42,035 nt of DNA from Chiloscyllium plagiosum (Eukaryota), in NCBI RefSeq assembly GCF_004010195.1, contig NC_057718.1:26217506-26259540 (forward strand). Direction: 5' to 3'. The notes under the pieces were generated by a model. That model worked only from the letters and a program-made list of their open reading frames with translations. It had not been told where the DNA came from and did no database searches. The first letter of the stretch is position 1. Every line of letters starts with the position of its first letter. The position numbers and the translations under genes are program-made. This document shows positions 1 through 12,077 of this stretch, piece after piece.

Positions 1-598
1 CATGTTGCGGCTGTACAGGACATTGGTTAGGCCACTGTTGGAATATTGCGTGCAATTCTGGTCTCCTTCCTATTGGAAAGATGTTGTGAAACTTGAAAGG
101 GTTCAGGAAAGATTTACAAGGATGTTGTCAGTATTGGAAGATTTGAGCAATAGAGAGAGGCTGACCAGGCTGGGGCTGTTTTCCCTGGAGATTCGGAGGC
201 TGAGGGGTGACCTTATAGAGATTTACAAAATAATGAGGGACATGGATAGGGTAAATAGGCAAAATCTTTTCCCTGGGGTGGGGGAGTCCAGAACTAGAGG
301 GCATAGGTTTAGGGTGAGAGGGGAAAGATATAAAAGACACCTAAGGGGCAATGTTTTCACACAGAGTGTGGTACGTGTATGGAATGAGCTGCCAGAAGAA
401 GTGGTGGAGGCTGGTACAATTGCAACATTTAAGAGGCATTTGTATGGGTATATGAATAGGAAGGGTTCAGAGGGATATGAGTTGGGTGCTGGCAGGTGGG
501 ACTAGATTGGGTTGGGATATCTGGTCGGTATGGACGGGTTGAACGGAAGTGTCTGTTTCCATGCTGTACATCTCTATGACTCTATCTATGACTCTATG
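1..598 (+). mobile_element. CR1-clade LINE (HER1-like), 3' end of ORF2 and 3' UTR
   Basis: ORF 2..505 has the typical CR1 C-terminus (LYRTLVRPLLEYCVQFWSP...RRLRGDLIEIYKI...WNELP). It ends in a (CTATGACT)-like tandem tail at ~573-598. Confidence 0.93.
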
Positions 599-984
599 TA
601 TAACAACCTTTGTCACCATTCTGAATTTGTTTGGACATGATCTGTTGCAATAGTGGCAATTTCTGCAGGCAAACTTATGCCACATAAACATGAGTCATAC
701 ATTTTATGGTACATAAGAGGAAGAGTTAGTTGCGCAGAGCGCATTTTCTACAGCTCAGGATACAATAACAAAGACATTTTTCCATCACCCACCAGACACA
801 ACTTGAAGCTTATATGATGAAAGTGTTTCAAAGTCCTGTTTTTTGAGACTTTCCCGAACATAAAAGGAAAACAAAAGTTCAGTTTTCTGTGGGAGGGTCT
901 TGTATTATCAGATTTCTGAGAATGCATTTTCTAGTAGGATAATGCAAGATAATTGGGCAGAATAATCAAGGCAAGAAGTTTGGA

Positions 985-1675
985 TTATAGCAAAATGTTG
1001 CAGATGCGGGCATCTGAAATAAAATCAAAGTGCTGGAGAAACTCACCATGTCTGCCAGCATCAGTGGAGATTCAGGTAGACAAGCAGGAGGCTGGGAGAA
1101 CACAGAAGGCCAGGCAGCATCAGGAGGTGGAGAAGTCAACATTTCAGGTGTGACCCTTCTTCAGGACAGGGGGTGGGTGTAAGAGGACCTGCCCATAAAG
1201 GGGATGGGGGAGGCAGGGTGGTCAGGTGGGGATAGGTGAACACAGGTAGAGGGTACGACCTGGTTGGTTGATGGGAGGGATGAAGCAGGTAGGTGGCTGG
1301 AAGGAATGGCAGGGAGAGGGAGGGGCTGGGATGGAAGATAGAGGATGGGAAGGAAGATTATTTGAAATTGGAGAACTCGATGTTGAGTCCTCCCGGCTGT
1401 TGGCTGCCCAGGCAGAAGATGAGGTGTTGTTCCTCCAATTTAGAGTTTGATTCGTTGTGGCAATGGAGAAGGCCAAGGATGGTCATGTCGGAAAGAGAGT
1501 GTGAGGGGGAATTAAAATGAGTGGTGATGGGAGGATCGGTCAGCACCTGTGGGCCCTGCTGAGATGCTCGGCAAAACAATCCATGAGTTTACATTTGGTC
1601 TCCCCAATGTACAGCAGACCATATCAGTGGAGATTGAAGCAGATTTACCAGTTCGAGCTCAATATGATTCTTCTT
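985..1675 (-). mobile_element. Older Penelope-derived terminal repeat (985-1072 plus ~1636-1675), split by a younger Penelope insertion
   Basis: GCAAAATGTTGCAGATGC...TGCTGGAGAAACTCA...CAGCATCAGTGGAGA continues after 1635 as GAAGCAGATTTACC..TTCGAG..ATTCTTCTTC. Same family as 9748-9880 and 40630-40760. Confidence 0.6.
1073..1622 (-). mobile_element. Penelope-like retroelement 3' fragment (GIY-YIG endonuclease C-terminus plus 3' terminal repeat)
   Basis: Minus strand reads GLLYIGETKCKLMDCFAEHL...HFNSPSHSLSDMTILGLLHC...KLEEQHLIFCLGSQQPGGLNIEF (YIG motif and PLE endonuclease tail, frameshifted). Flanked by the 13-bp direct repeat ATCAGTGGAGATT at 1060-1072 and 1623-1635. Confidence 0.85.
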
Positions 1676-2012
1676 CTGGACAGAATGGATAGAAAGAAAA
1701 ACTATTCCCACTCGTAAATGGTTCAAAAATCAGGGGGTACAGCTTGAAAGTGTTTTCAAAAAAGGAACAAATGTGAGTCGAGAAAATCATTTTTGACACA
1801 GTGAGTATTTAGGTCATAGAATGTGTTGTCTCGAAATGTGGTGAAGGCAGGTTGAATTGAAGCATTCAAGAGAGCATTAGATTTTTATTTCAAGAAAACC
1901 AATGTTGTGGGGAAAAGGCAAGAGGTTGGCACAAAGTTAAACTGCTCAAAGAGTCAGTACAGATATAATGGGCCAAATGGCCTTCTTCTCCACTGTAACA
2001 GTTCAGTGATTG
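1676..2012 (+). mobile_element. Old degenerate CR1-type LINE 3' fragment
   Basis: Decayed RMDRKK..P, GTGGTGAAGGCAGGT..GCATTCAAGAGAGCATTAGAT, and a 3' UTR ATGGGCCAAATGGCCTTCTTCT typical of the CR1 ends in this window. Confidence 0.65.
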
Positions 2013-2647
2013 AGATTTCGCATGATATTCCAAACCAGAGGCATGTATGACAGTGGATACAATAACAAGAACTTTAGATTGATATTTTGGATTTTTTTCT
2101 TAACTTGGTCTTATTTCAGGCAAGTAAATTTCAAGAAAAGGTGAGTCAAGTCATGAAATGTCATCCCATAATATTTTGAACACTTGTATCATTTTTATCC
2201 CAGGTATTATACCTGACAAATTGTCACCAAAAAAATTGTAATGTGAAATAAAGATGTATTTCCTGGTATTGGCTTTGAATTTACTTATAATTAATTTCCT
2301 ATTCTCCATCCATGTCTTTTGCTCCAATTGCAACCTTCGACTGAGAGTATTCTCAACTTACTTTTGAATTACTAAATATTTTCAATATATCAATGAAGTT
2401 ACCCATCATTCTACTTCTTTCTAGACTGGCAAGCATTGAATTTAACAAAACTTTTTTCTAGTTTTTGCGGTTTACTCTTGGGATGAATCTTGTTCTTCCC
2501 AGTAACCCTTGCAGTGTTTGTATATCTTTTTTGTATACCAGAAAAGAATACACCTTTTCCCAGGAGGCTAAATATCTTGGGTAAAAATCTTCATCAGAAT
2601 TGATCATAGAGATAGAATGAAAGCCTTCAAATGTGAGAAATGTAAAA

Positions 2648-2842
2648 TTAAAATTGCAAATGGCGGAAACTTACAGAAGGTCAGTGAGTATCTGATAGAG
2701 GATGATATGTTCGCATTTTCAATGTAATCCTTCATCGCTTTGTGCACAGTTCTGATGAAAGTTCCTGTTTCAAATGTTAACCTTTTTTATTCCCCCAGGT
2801 ACTGAGAGATCTGCTATGCATTTCCATCATGTTGTATTTTTA
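2648..2842. mobile_element. Fold-back element made of two inverted Penelope-derived termini
   Basis: The left arm (..GGTCAGTGAGTATCTG..CATTTTCAA..CCTTCATC) is imperfectly complementary to the right arm (GATGAAAG..TTCAAATGTTAAC..CAGGTACTGAGAGATCT..TTTCCATCAT). Confidence 0.6.
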
Positions 2843-3208
2843 TTCATGGGTTCATTAGGCCAAATAGTCTTTCCTCATTTTTATGTCCAACTCCGAAACT
2901 ATTTACATCCACCCAGCACCAATAATCGATTCCACAAAAATTAAATCAAACAATATAAACATCAACGTGTCTAATTTCTAACTAAAATCTACTGTCTGAG
3001 CATGGCACTAAAACACAAATTGCTGAAGATGAGCCACTTGTGAAACAGTGGTCTTCAGTCATTTGTATCTGTCGCTATTGAGTTACATGGTTCATGCCGA
3101 GGGTAATTTGTTTTGCACGTACCACAAAATCAGTTTCTGTGTCTTGCTGTAATTATTCTTCTTGTGTAACAACTGGAAAATATCATCCAGATTTTCTTCT
3201 TTCTGCAG

Positions 3209-3358
3209 ATAACCTTCCCATTGGCTCATACTGTTCATTTGACGAAGAGGATTGTGGATGGTCATCATTTACCTCAGAGACGGATGAACCAAGTTGGAAA
3301 TTGAAGCAAAGTCAGTCTGTCAACGAAGCAGAGAAAAGCAACTTATGTTACTCAGAAG
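3209..3358 (+). CDS. ALK: Internal coding exon of an ALK/LTK-family receptor tyrosine kinase (start of second MAM domain; equivalent to ALK exon 7)
   Basis: Acceptor ttttcttctttctgcag|AT and donor GAAG|gtatct; 150 bp, phase 1-1. Translation NLPIGSYCSFDEEDCGWSSFTSETDEPSWKLKQ... matches the MAM start motif CxFExxxCGW and recalled human ALK KLPVGFYCNFEDGFCGWT. The LTK paralogue is not excluded, because non-mammalian LTK keeps MAM domains. Confidence 0.85.
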
Positions 3359-3477
3359 GTATCTTATATCAAGTATTTTATTTTCTTCACTACTTACCCT
3401 TGTGATGATACTATGCCTTTAAGAGGTGTATTTTGTCCTGGCTTATTTTATGAAGAAAGGATGAGACAGAGCTAATG

Positions 3478-4650
3478 AGTGGTCTCACAAACTTGTTGCA
3501 GTTTTTTGAGGAAGTAACCAAGATTGATGAGGACAGAGCGGTAGCCATTATTTACTTGGACTTTAGTAAAGCCTTTGACAAGGTTCCACATGGTAGACTA
3601 ATGAGTAAAGTTGGATCACATGGGATTCAGGGAGAGCTTGCCAATAGGATATAAAATTGGCTTAATGGCAGGAGACAGAGAGTGATGGTGGAGAGTTATG
3701 TTTCAGACTGGAAGCTTATGACCATGTTGTTCTGCAGGGATCGGTCCTGGGTCCACTTTTGTTTGTCGTTTATATGGATGATTTGGATGAGAATATAGAA
3801 GTAAGTTTGTAGTAAGTTTGCGGATGACACCACGATTGGTGGCTTAGTGGATAGCAAAGAAAGCTATCTAAGATTCCAAAGAGATCTTGATCAATTGGGT
3901 CAATAGACTGAAAAGTGGCAGTTGGAGTTTAATTTGGATAAATATGACATGTTGCATTTTGGTTAAACAATCAAAGGCAGGACTCATATGAATAAAAGTA
4001 GGGCCTTGGGTAGTGTTATAGAACAGAGAGACCTAGGGGTTCAGGTACATAATTCTTTGAAATGTGCATTCCATATAGATAGGGTAGATAAGAAGGTATT
4101 GCCTTCATTGTTCAGACATTTGAGTACCAGAGTTGGGACATTATGTGGAGGTTGTACAGGACATTGGTGAGGCCTCTTCTGGAATACAGAGTCCAGTTCT
4201 GGTCACCCTGTTACGGGAAGAATATTATTAATCTGGAGAGCATTCAGAGAAATTTACCAGGATGTTGGCAAATGGAGGGTTTTGAGTTATAGGAAGAGGC
4301 CTGATAGTCTGGGACATTTTTCACTGGAGCATAGGAAGCTTATAGAGGTTTGTGAAGTCATGAGAGGCATATATAAGGTGAATGGCAGGTGTCTTTTCCC
4401 TAGACAGGGGAGTATCTTTTAATGTGAGAGGAGAAAGATTGAAAAAATACATGACGGACAATTTTTTCAGAGGAAATGGTGGATACAGGAACAATTACAA
4501 CATTTAAAAGGCATTTAAATATGTACATGAACAAGATAGGTTTGGAGGGATATAGGCCAAGTGCAGGCAGGTGGGACTAGTTTATGATTGGCATGGGCTG
4601 GTTGGACCAAAGGGTCTGTTTCTGCGCTGCTTGACTCTGTGACTCTGTAA
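3478..4650 (+). mobile_element. 5'-truncated decayed CR1 LINE (reverse transcriptase through 3' UTR)
   Basis: Recognisable LTNLL.FFEEVT, YLDFSKAFDKVPHGRL, QGSVLGPLLF, KFADDT and LVRPLLEY motifs with stops and frameshifts. Tail GACTCTGTGACTCTGT. Confidence 0.92.
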
Positions 4651-5057
4651 CATTCAAGAAATTTGACACCAATCAGGACAAAGGAGTCAGCTTGATTGAT
4701 ATCACGTCCACAAGCATCCACTCCGTATACCACGGTGGCTCAATAACAAGTGTGTACTATGTACAAGATGTACTGCAGAAATTCACCAAAGATCTTTAGA
4801 CAGCATGTTCCAAACCCACAATCACTTTCATCTCAAAGTACAAGGACAGCAGATACTTGGGAACACCATCACCATATGCAAATTCCCCACCAAGCCATTC
4901 ACCATCCTGACTTGCAAGTATATCTCTGTTCCTTCATTGTCACTGGGTCAAAATCCTGGAAATCCCTCCCTAAGGTCCCCCTACAGCACATGGACTGCAG
5001 CAGTTCAAGAAGGCAGCTCACCACCACTTTCTCTAGGGTAACTAGGGACAGGCAATG

Positions 5058-5191
5058 CCAATTCCTGATGAAGGGCTTTGCCCGAAACGTCAATATTCCT
5101 GCTCCTCGGATGCTGCCTGACCTGCTGTGCTTTTCCAGCACCACTCTGATCTAAACTCTGGTTTCCAGCATCTGCAGTCCTCACTTTTGCC
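5058..5191 (+). mobile_element. Short Penelope-derived element with minimal hammerhead motif, copy 1
   Basis: ATTC-CTGATGA-A-GGGC-TTT-GCCC-GAAA-CGTC...GGATGCTGCCTGACCTGCTGTGCTTTTCCAGC...CAGCATCTGCAGTCCTCACTTT. TSD ACAGGCAATG at 5048-5057 and 5192-5201. Confidence 0.8.
5061..5096 (+). ncRNA. Minimal type I hammerhead ribozyme motif (PLE-associated); activity unproven
   Basis: Core CUGAUGA at 5065-5071, stem II GGGC/GCCC, GAAA at 5084-5087, then CGUC with a palindromic ACGU helix III of the kind described for dimeric PLE hammerheads. Helix I pairing is poor in this copy. Confidence 0.6.
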
Positions 5192-5499
5192 ACAGGCAAT
5201 GAATGCTTGCCCAGCCCATTTCCCACGAGAGAATTAGAAGCAAAGATATAGATTTAAGTTTCAGTCAATGGCCATATTAAAAGTAGACGTCTTCTGTTCA
5301 TGTTTTGATATTGTCCCTGTTTGCTCATTACAATAATTAAAATCACACAGGGCAATGTCTTCACAACTCCAGCGCAGATAAGTAACTAATGGTGCTTCAA
5401 ATGCCATGGCTGGGTGAGATAAGCTGTAAGATTTTTAAGATACTTGTGACCTCCTATTGGGTAACACCTGGAGAATTACAGTGAAATATAAAAATCTTG

Positions 5500-5885
5500 T
5501 ACGGTCAGTAGGTGAATCAAGGTGAAGATATAATGGACAAGCGGGGGGAAGAGGATACAGATTGGAGGTGGGAGGGAGAGAACAATGGAAAAAAGAATGA
5601 AGAGAAACTGAACAAGAAAGCAAGAGAAACTGATGGTGCAGGGAATAGCAGTGGATTGGCAAAGAGGGAGAGGATAAGTTGCAAGTATGGAGGGGAGGAG
5701 AGTAACAGAAAGGGATAGAGTAAGGCAGCAGAAGGTGGGAATAGGGATGAGAAAGGGGAGTACAGGGCCGAAGGATTGGTATGGAAAAAAGGAGAGGAGT
5801 AGGAGATCAAGTAAAATAGAGGGGAATTGAGGAATTGGCAAAGGAATGAAAAGGGCAAAGGGAATGATTTGAAGATGGGAATGAA
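5500..5885 (+). repeat. Purine-rich (GA) low-complexity tract
   Basis: About 380 bp strongly dominated by A and G, with no exact repeat unit. Confidence 0.8.
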
Positions 5886-6309
5886 TGTTTGGCAGGACAA
5901 GCAAACTCTTTCAGGGAGTTGGTCAGGGACTTTGCTGAGATGAAAAGCTTTCTCAGCATTGAGGTGCAAGAAATGCAGATGCATTTTGTACATTTTACCT
6001 GTGCCTTTTTAGCCAGCAGTCAGGTCAAGGGCCTTCATACCCTTGTCAATCTGGCACATTGGGTACTCAGCATAATCCAGGCTAAGGAAAGAGAGGTTCC
6101 ATTCCTGCCCACTGCCATGCTGGTGCTGGGGGAGGTCTTGTCTGAAACAGAGCATTACAGACCTTGAGAGTTTTAGGCCAAGAATGTATCTGTCGAGAGG
6201 CAGACACTCAGCAGCTCTGCAGCAAGCATGGCTGATCAGAATCACAGTACCTTCCCACTTTTACTGCCTGTAATAAACACTGTAGAAGGATTTACAGGTT
6301 GATAATCAA

Positions 6310-6425
6310 TATGTTTGGCCATGTTTTAACACACCTTCTGTGGCCATCAACTCCTGGACTGGAAGTCAAACCTGAAACTTTTTGTTTAAAGGCAAGGATT
6401 CTATCCATTATGCCGCAATACCTCT
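6310..6425 (-). mobile_element. Old tRNA-derived SINE head fragment
   Basis: Reverse complement GAGGTATTGCGGCATAATGGATAG...GGTTTGACTTCC resembles decayed pol III A and B boxes. Confidence 0.4.
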
Positions 6426-6679
6426 GTGCATATTAGATGACATTCAAAAAACTGCATATGCTTTATTAAGGAATGATATTATTACATGTACAAATTTGAA
6501 CAGTATGGTGTTTTATTTTCAGATCCAGAATGCAGACACATAGGTACGGCACAGACTAAACTACTGAATGAAAAGCCACTGGGTTATTGTTCCATTTTTA
6601 TTTATAATTTCAACGCATATATTTTCACTGGACCAATTTTCAGAAATATCTTCTCTAGTTACAGCAGTAATGTTTTCCT

Positions 6680-7920
6680 TAATCAAAAACACTGCCCACC
6701 ATCCCCCCAGCACACCCTCCTATTTGTCTCTCTTTCTATCCTTCCTACACCATCTAAAACCTGGAATATTGAGCTGCCAGTTCTGTCCATCCTTCAGTCA
6801 AGTTTCTGTAATTAGTTATGACATCCCAATGTTCTCAAACTTGCCCCACGTTCATCGACCTTACCTGTAAGATCCCTTGCATTGGAAGAAATAGTTTAAT
6901 TCTTCATAGTTACTTCTTTCTCTGACTTGCTTTTGTCTGTCTTTCTAATTAATTGTTATTTTCAGATTCAAAGTATCCTAATCTACTGGACTGCTTAGGA
7001 TCCCTCCACACCACCACTCTAATAGTATACATTGTCCCTTAATAGAATTAGACAATCTTCCAGCTCAGGTATTGATCTCTTTCAGTCTTTTTTGCTCAGA
7101 TGATCCCAATGATCCAAGAACCTGACTCCCTGAACATTACACACTTCTTCAGCCATTGATTAATCTCCTTTATCTTTTTATTCTTTTCTTCATTTGAGCT
7201 TGGCACTGGGAGTATATCAGAGCTTACTACTTTTGAGGTTCTGTTTTTTAATTAGATTAGATTACTTACAGTGTGGAAACAGGCCCTTCGGCCCAGCAAG
7301 TCCACACCGACCCGCCGAAGCGTAACCCACCCAGACCCATTCTCTTACATTTACCCCTTCACCTAACACTACGGGCAATTTACCATGGCCAATTCACCTA
7401 ACCTGCACATTTTTTTTTTTTGGATTGTGGGAGGAAACCGGAGCACCCGGAGGAAACCCACGCAAACACGGGGAGAATGTGCAAACTCCACACAGAGAGT
7501 CGCCTGAGGCGGGAATTGAACCCGGGTCTCTGGCGCTGTGAAGCAGCAGTGCTAACCACTGTGCTACCGTGCCGCCCATCTTCTACCTAATCTCTTATAT
7601 TCACTCTGTAAAACCTTAATCTTTTCCCTACCTCTATCATTCCTACCAATGTGTACAATAACTTCTGGTTTCTCATTTTCACCTTTAACAATATACTTCA
7701 AACATTTTTAGACGTCCTCATCCTGGCACCAGGAAAGCAACATACTATCCCAGATTCATGCTCACTGCCATGGAATCTCCTGTCTGTGCCCATGATGGGA
7801 GAGTCCCCAGTAATAATTGTTCTTTTAAATTTTGTTAAAATTAACATAAGATTAATTCTTAGTGCCCAATATCCGACTGTCTCTTCTGTTTTCCTTTAAG
7901 AGACCAGCCTTTTCAACAGT
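6680..7920 (-). mobile_element. Old CR1 5' fragment (ORF1 SGNH/GDSL-esterase part plus APE N-terminus), interrupted by an HE1 SINE
   Basis: Minus strand ~7815-7710 reads IITGDSPIMGTDRRFHGSEHESGIVCCFPGAR (CR1 ORF1 esterase). ~6825-6730 reads ITET*LKDGQNWQLNIPGFRWCRKDR (APE). Confidence 0.75.
7251..7577 (-). mobile_element. HE1-type tRNA-derived V-SINE, full length
   Basis: Reverse complement has A box TAGCACAGTGG, B box GGTTCAATTCC, the V-domain GGAGTTTGCACATTCTCCCCGTG..GGGTTTCCTCCGGGTGCTCCGGTTTCCTCCC, a CR1-like 3' end and an (AATCT)n tail. Confidence 0.9.
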
Positions 7921-9747
7921 ACAGTCAGTTCTTCTATAACGTAATGGTTGCGTTCTTGTGCAACTCGTTCTCATTATAGCACTCACTCACTCTGAGCCTA
8001 CCTGGAAGTTCACAGCATATCTGTCTTGCATCACCTTTTTGGACTTTGCCTCCTCAACCAAAGATACCAGGCTCATGTTAGTTCTGGGTTGCATTTCCAG
8101 TTAGCATAGACATAGCCAGGAAGCTTGTCACTGTTGTCAGCAGGCCTCAGTCAAATCAAAAGAGATAACCTTTGTTCAGAGAGTTCCAACACAGGAAATC
8201 GAGGGCAGCCTATGATAGAAGCCTTGCACAAGCTTAGTCCACTGTGTGAGGTGGTTAGAGTCAGGATGCTCTGCTCATGAGGCGTAAGGAGCTGAATATT
8301 GGGTAGCGCATCAGCCCTGTCTCTGCCCTTTTGTGGGCTGTATTTTATCTGAAATGAAGCCAGGTGTCATGGTCTACACTGCTGATCCTGCAAGAGGATA
8401 TCCCACATCTGTGTACCTCAGCTAGCAGGACCTCAAGTTCCCTTCATATAAAATGGGGTGCCAGTTTCTCCCTGTTGTGCCATGTCCCAGGAAAATGCCA
8501 GGAATTTTGTAGGGCAGTTCCAAATTGACAGTAAGTGTCTTCATCCAAAATGGGCTTTAAAGGTGATGCAGGCACAAGGGATGTTGGTCATTCAGCAGAA
8601 GTCTGGTTGAGTGGCAACTTGTTCCAGGAATGGCATGTGGAAATATGGGATAGAATTGGTTGTGAGGAATGCTATTGGTGTGGAGTCAGTAGTTAAGAGA
8701 CAAGTTGATAAGATATGGCATGAAATCTTGCTAAGCCCCCCTAAAAACTGGACACAGCTAGCACTTTCACCAAAAACAAGTAAGATTCAGCCCACTGATG
8801 TCAATGAAAAAGGCTCAGCGAAATTGCATCTTACCATTCTCTAGCTCAGTGTATTGAGTTTGCAAGCTGATTGTGTCCTGCATATCCAAAACTGACATCC
8901 CATTCCTCACTCCTAACCTTTCACCATTAACATCTGCTCTCAGTTGGGAGTGCAGCAGAATGTGCCCAGGAGTAATCCAATTTCCAGTGGAATGGCATAC
9001 TGAGTTTAACTAATAGGCAATATGTACTATGTTATCTGTTGATGTGCTTGTGTTTTTCAATCACAATTGGATGAAAGATGATGTCAACATCAATCAGGGC
9101 TGAGAATCAATCCACTCCAGAGCTTTGTAAAATCAGTACTGCCGGGTCACCATGACCTTGTACTCATCATATTCATTTGTCAGTATTACGGGCAGTGTAG
9201 TCTTATTTCAAGGAACAGAAAATCAATCATATTGATATTGCTCTGGTGCATAACCTACTTGTGATTAGAGTCAATTGAAGTAGTTTATTGATGAATGATT
9301 CTGTTGCTAAAATTGGAATTTTTTTTATATCCTGTACTAAGTACACCCTTTCACGCCTATCTGTACAGGTTCACGGAAATTTAATTCACTGTTTGGTTGG
9401 TTAAGCTGACAACCAGTTTTTGGTGGTAGCTCATCTTGGAATGTGTGGGATAGTACCCATGCTACCTATCACACACCTCATGGTTCAACATCCATCACTA
9501 ATTTGCAGAATTTGTTTGTTTTTGATCTCTTCCCCACTTTCCAAATGGAACAATCACATCTTTGAACCATTATCAATCCTTCTTGTCTTTAAGCTTCTGA
9601 ACCCTCAGCAATTCCTTGATTTTATTTTACATTGTTCTTCTTCCTCCATCCGTAACTTCAAACGGTGTTAGGAAGGTTGATCCCATCTTAGAATATTGAA
9701 GTCAAATGAAATCCTAAAAGTAACTCCTGACTTCAAAATGTACTGAA

Positions 9748-9900
9748 GCAAAATACTGCAGATGCTTTGAAGCTGAAATAAAAACAGAAAGTGCTGAAGA
9801 AATTCAGCAGGTCTGCCAGCATCTGTAGGGAGAGAAACAAAGTCAACATTTCAATTCTAATGTGATTCTTCCAACAGAACTGAATGGGGCTGGTAAATAG
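9748..9900 (-). mobile_element. Old Penelope-derived terminal fragment
   Basis: GCAAAATACTGCAGATGCT..AAAACAGAAAGTGCTG..CAGCAGGTCTGCCAGCATCTGTAGGGAGAGAAAC..GTCAACATTTC, homologous to 985-1165. Confidence 0.7.
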
Positions 9901-12077
9901 TGGCTTTGATGTTCATGCTGGGATAGGGAATGTGAAGTAGGATTGAGCGGAACCGATTGTAAGAATGACTAGAGAATCATACAAAAAGACTGTTGATGGT
10001 GATAAAGGAGAATGGAGATGTGAAATGGGTATAACTAAAGGTGTGTGAAAGAGAAAATGGCCTAGTTCTGCTGCCAATAATCTTGCTTTGGCAGATGAAA
10101 ATCTCAATGTACATGGTTGATGAAATGTGTCTGACTTTTGTAAACATATAAATATAGATAGGTTTTGAAAGATTATATTTCAAAATAATGGCATCTGAGT
10201 GTTGATTAATTTTGTGAAAACGTTTAAATAATGACTAGGTGAATCAATCCTTCTGCAACCATAATCTAAACCAGTATGTGTCAGAGTGGCAAGGAACCCC
10301 TGACATTGTTCGAAGATTGTTAGATTTGTGTTGGGTTTATGACACAATGTAAACATCAGCTTGTTTTTTGTTCAGGATGAACAAGGATTTATTTTAGCTC
10401 AGAAAAAACAGAGAGACTGTGGATTTTTTAGCAGTTTTGGAGGAGACCTGTTTGGGATCAGGAGTGTATTTTACTTTCTCTCCTTGAAAGGAATATATAA
10501 CACTTCAGAGAATATGTTACATTGGCAGACAGTTAATTTGTGCAACTTAAGACCAGGAGTGTTTAGTTAGAAATGTGCAGCATATTGAAAACAGAGGAAG
10601 TCTAAGCTCTCCGGTTTGTCAATATACATGTGAAAGTGTTTCATAGTTCACAGGAAAGAACTGGGAAGGATCAGTTAAATTTAAAGGTTTGAGACAGATC
10701 CTCTGAATTTGATGCTATATGGTGACAATATTGGTGAATAGGTGAAAATTTGTTTAGCAGTGTATCTTAACATTTTTCTGCATTGTGTTCTAATATTGAA
10801 ATAACTTAGCGTAGTTTACTTGATCACTTTTCCTTTTTTGTAGGAAACTTGTATTCCATTCTAAAAGAATATCTGCAGTCTTGCGTGTCTGTTTCTCAGC
10901 AAATTTCCATCACGTTAACTGAAAGATAATATCAAACCAGATTTCATTCTGGGATTCACCTGTCCAGTAGTTGTAACAGCTGGGATCATAGCAATGCCCC
11001 TATTAGCTTGTGACCAAGTTAACTGCTTGTCCTGGAGCAGCACCAAGGTCACCAATAAATCATAAATTGTTTATTGTGCAATTTGCCAACCCATTATACA
11101 TTATAGCAATGATAGACAAACCCTCTGTTTTACTCTTTGCCCCTTTACATCATGAACAACATGAATCTCCAATCTCGACATTCACTGCTTATTCTGGATT
11201 CTAAGGTGTTCACAGCTGTGCCTGCGTTTTCCTGCTGACAGTTTAAATTTCTTGAAGATTGTGCCATCTCTCATCATTTTTGGCTTCCAATTGCTAACAT
11301 CCTTTATTGTCTCCCCAGTGAGTTACCAATGGGATTCTTTCTATCAAACATGTCTAGAAGATAAATAATTATGGAGAAGGCTGTTTGTCTTAGAGATACT
11401 TTGTATCCTTTGATCAGCACCTGCATACTTGCAGTAATAGTTGAAATTAGTGAACTTGTTTGTTGACATGGCACAACAAGAGGATCGTGTTCCCAAAGGA
11501 AGCTAATGGCAATTGAGCAATGTGTGAATACCTGACTCAATATAACACTAAATCAGTTATTAACAATCATACAATTTAATGATATCTAAATTTGGCCATG
11601 CAGCACCTGTGCTTTGGGCATTAACTGGCCTCCTAAACCTCCTATGTGGCAGACAGTAAGCACATGATAAATCCAGGTTGAAAGTGTGTCTTGCAAACAT
11701 ATTGATTTTGACTTCTTGTCCCTCCCTTCCATCCTCCTATTCCATTCCACTCGTGCAATTTAACTGATCAACTCAGATATTGCGTGTTGAAGTCAAGATA
11801 CAAAACCACCTGGTGTCAGCACTGATTTTTGCTCAGTTATTTCCTTTGTTTGAGAGGTCATAAGAAGATGTAGAATGTGAAATATGTCATGTTGGTGCGG
11901 TAGAGAATCTTTTTCAGGCCATGAATAAGCCCCATCTCTAGAGTAGCAAAAAGTAAGCTGTACTAGTTGTAACTTATGTTGCAACTAAGATTGAAAAGTT
12001 CCAATTTTCCAGCTGTTACCTTTATTCCAATAAGCAAAATGCACTCCACAAAATAAAATACTACTCTCTTTTTTGTT

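Larger units (their letters stand above)
4652..5238 (+). mobile_element. 3' fragment of a second non-LTR retrotransposon family (CR1/L2 group), interrupted at 5058-5191
   Basis: Decayed ORF end (VCTMYKMYCRNSPKIFRQH; CKFPTKPFTILT.KYI; GSKSWKSLP). Its 3' tail TAGGGACAGGCAAT..AATGCT is shared with the SINE at 18016-18346. Clade assignment is uncertain. Confidence 0.65.

Noticed and set aside
3094..3405. Whole ORFs 3094..3405, 13772..14170 and 20966..21196 as single-exon genes
   Set aside because: Only the splice-bounded internal parts resemble ALK; the rest is intronic read-through.
5435..5993. Hydrophobic Leu/Phe/Ser/Pro-rich ORFs that look like membrane proteins
   Set aside because: They are the reverse-strand reading of a purine-rich low-complexity tract.
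7500..7577. tRNA gene
   Set aside because: The A/B boxes belong to a SINE head followed by the V-domain and LINE tail; no full cloverleaf.
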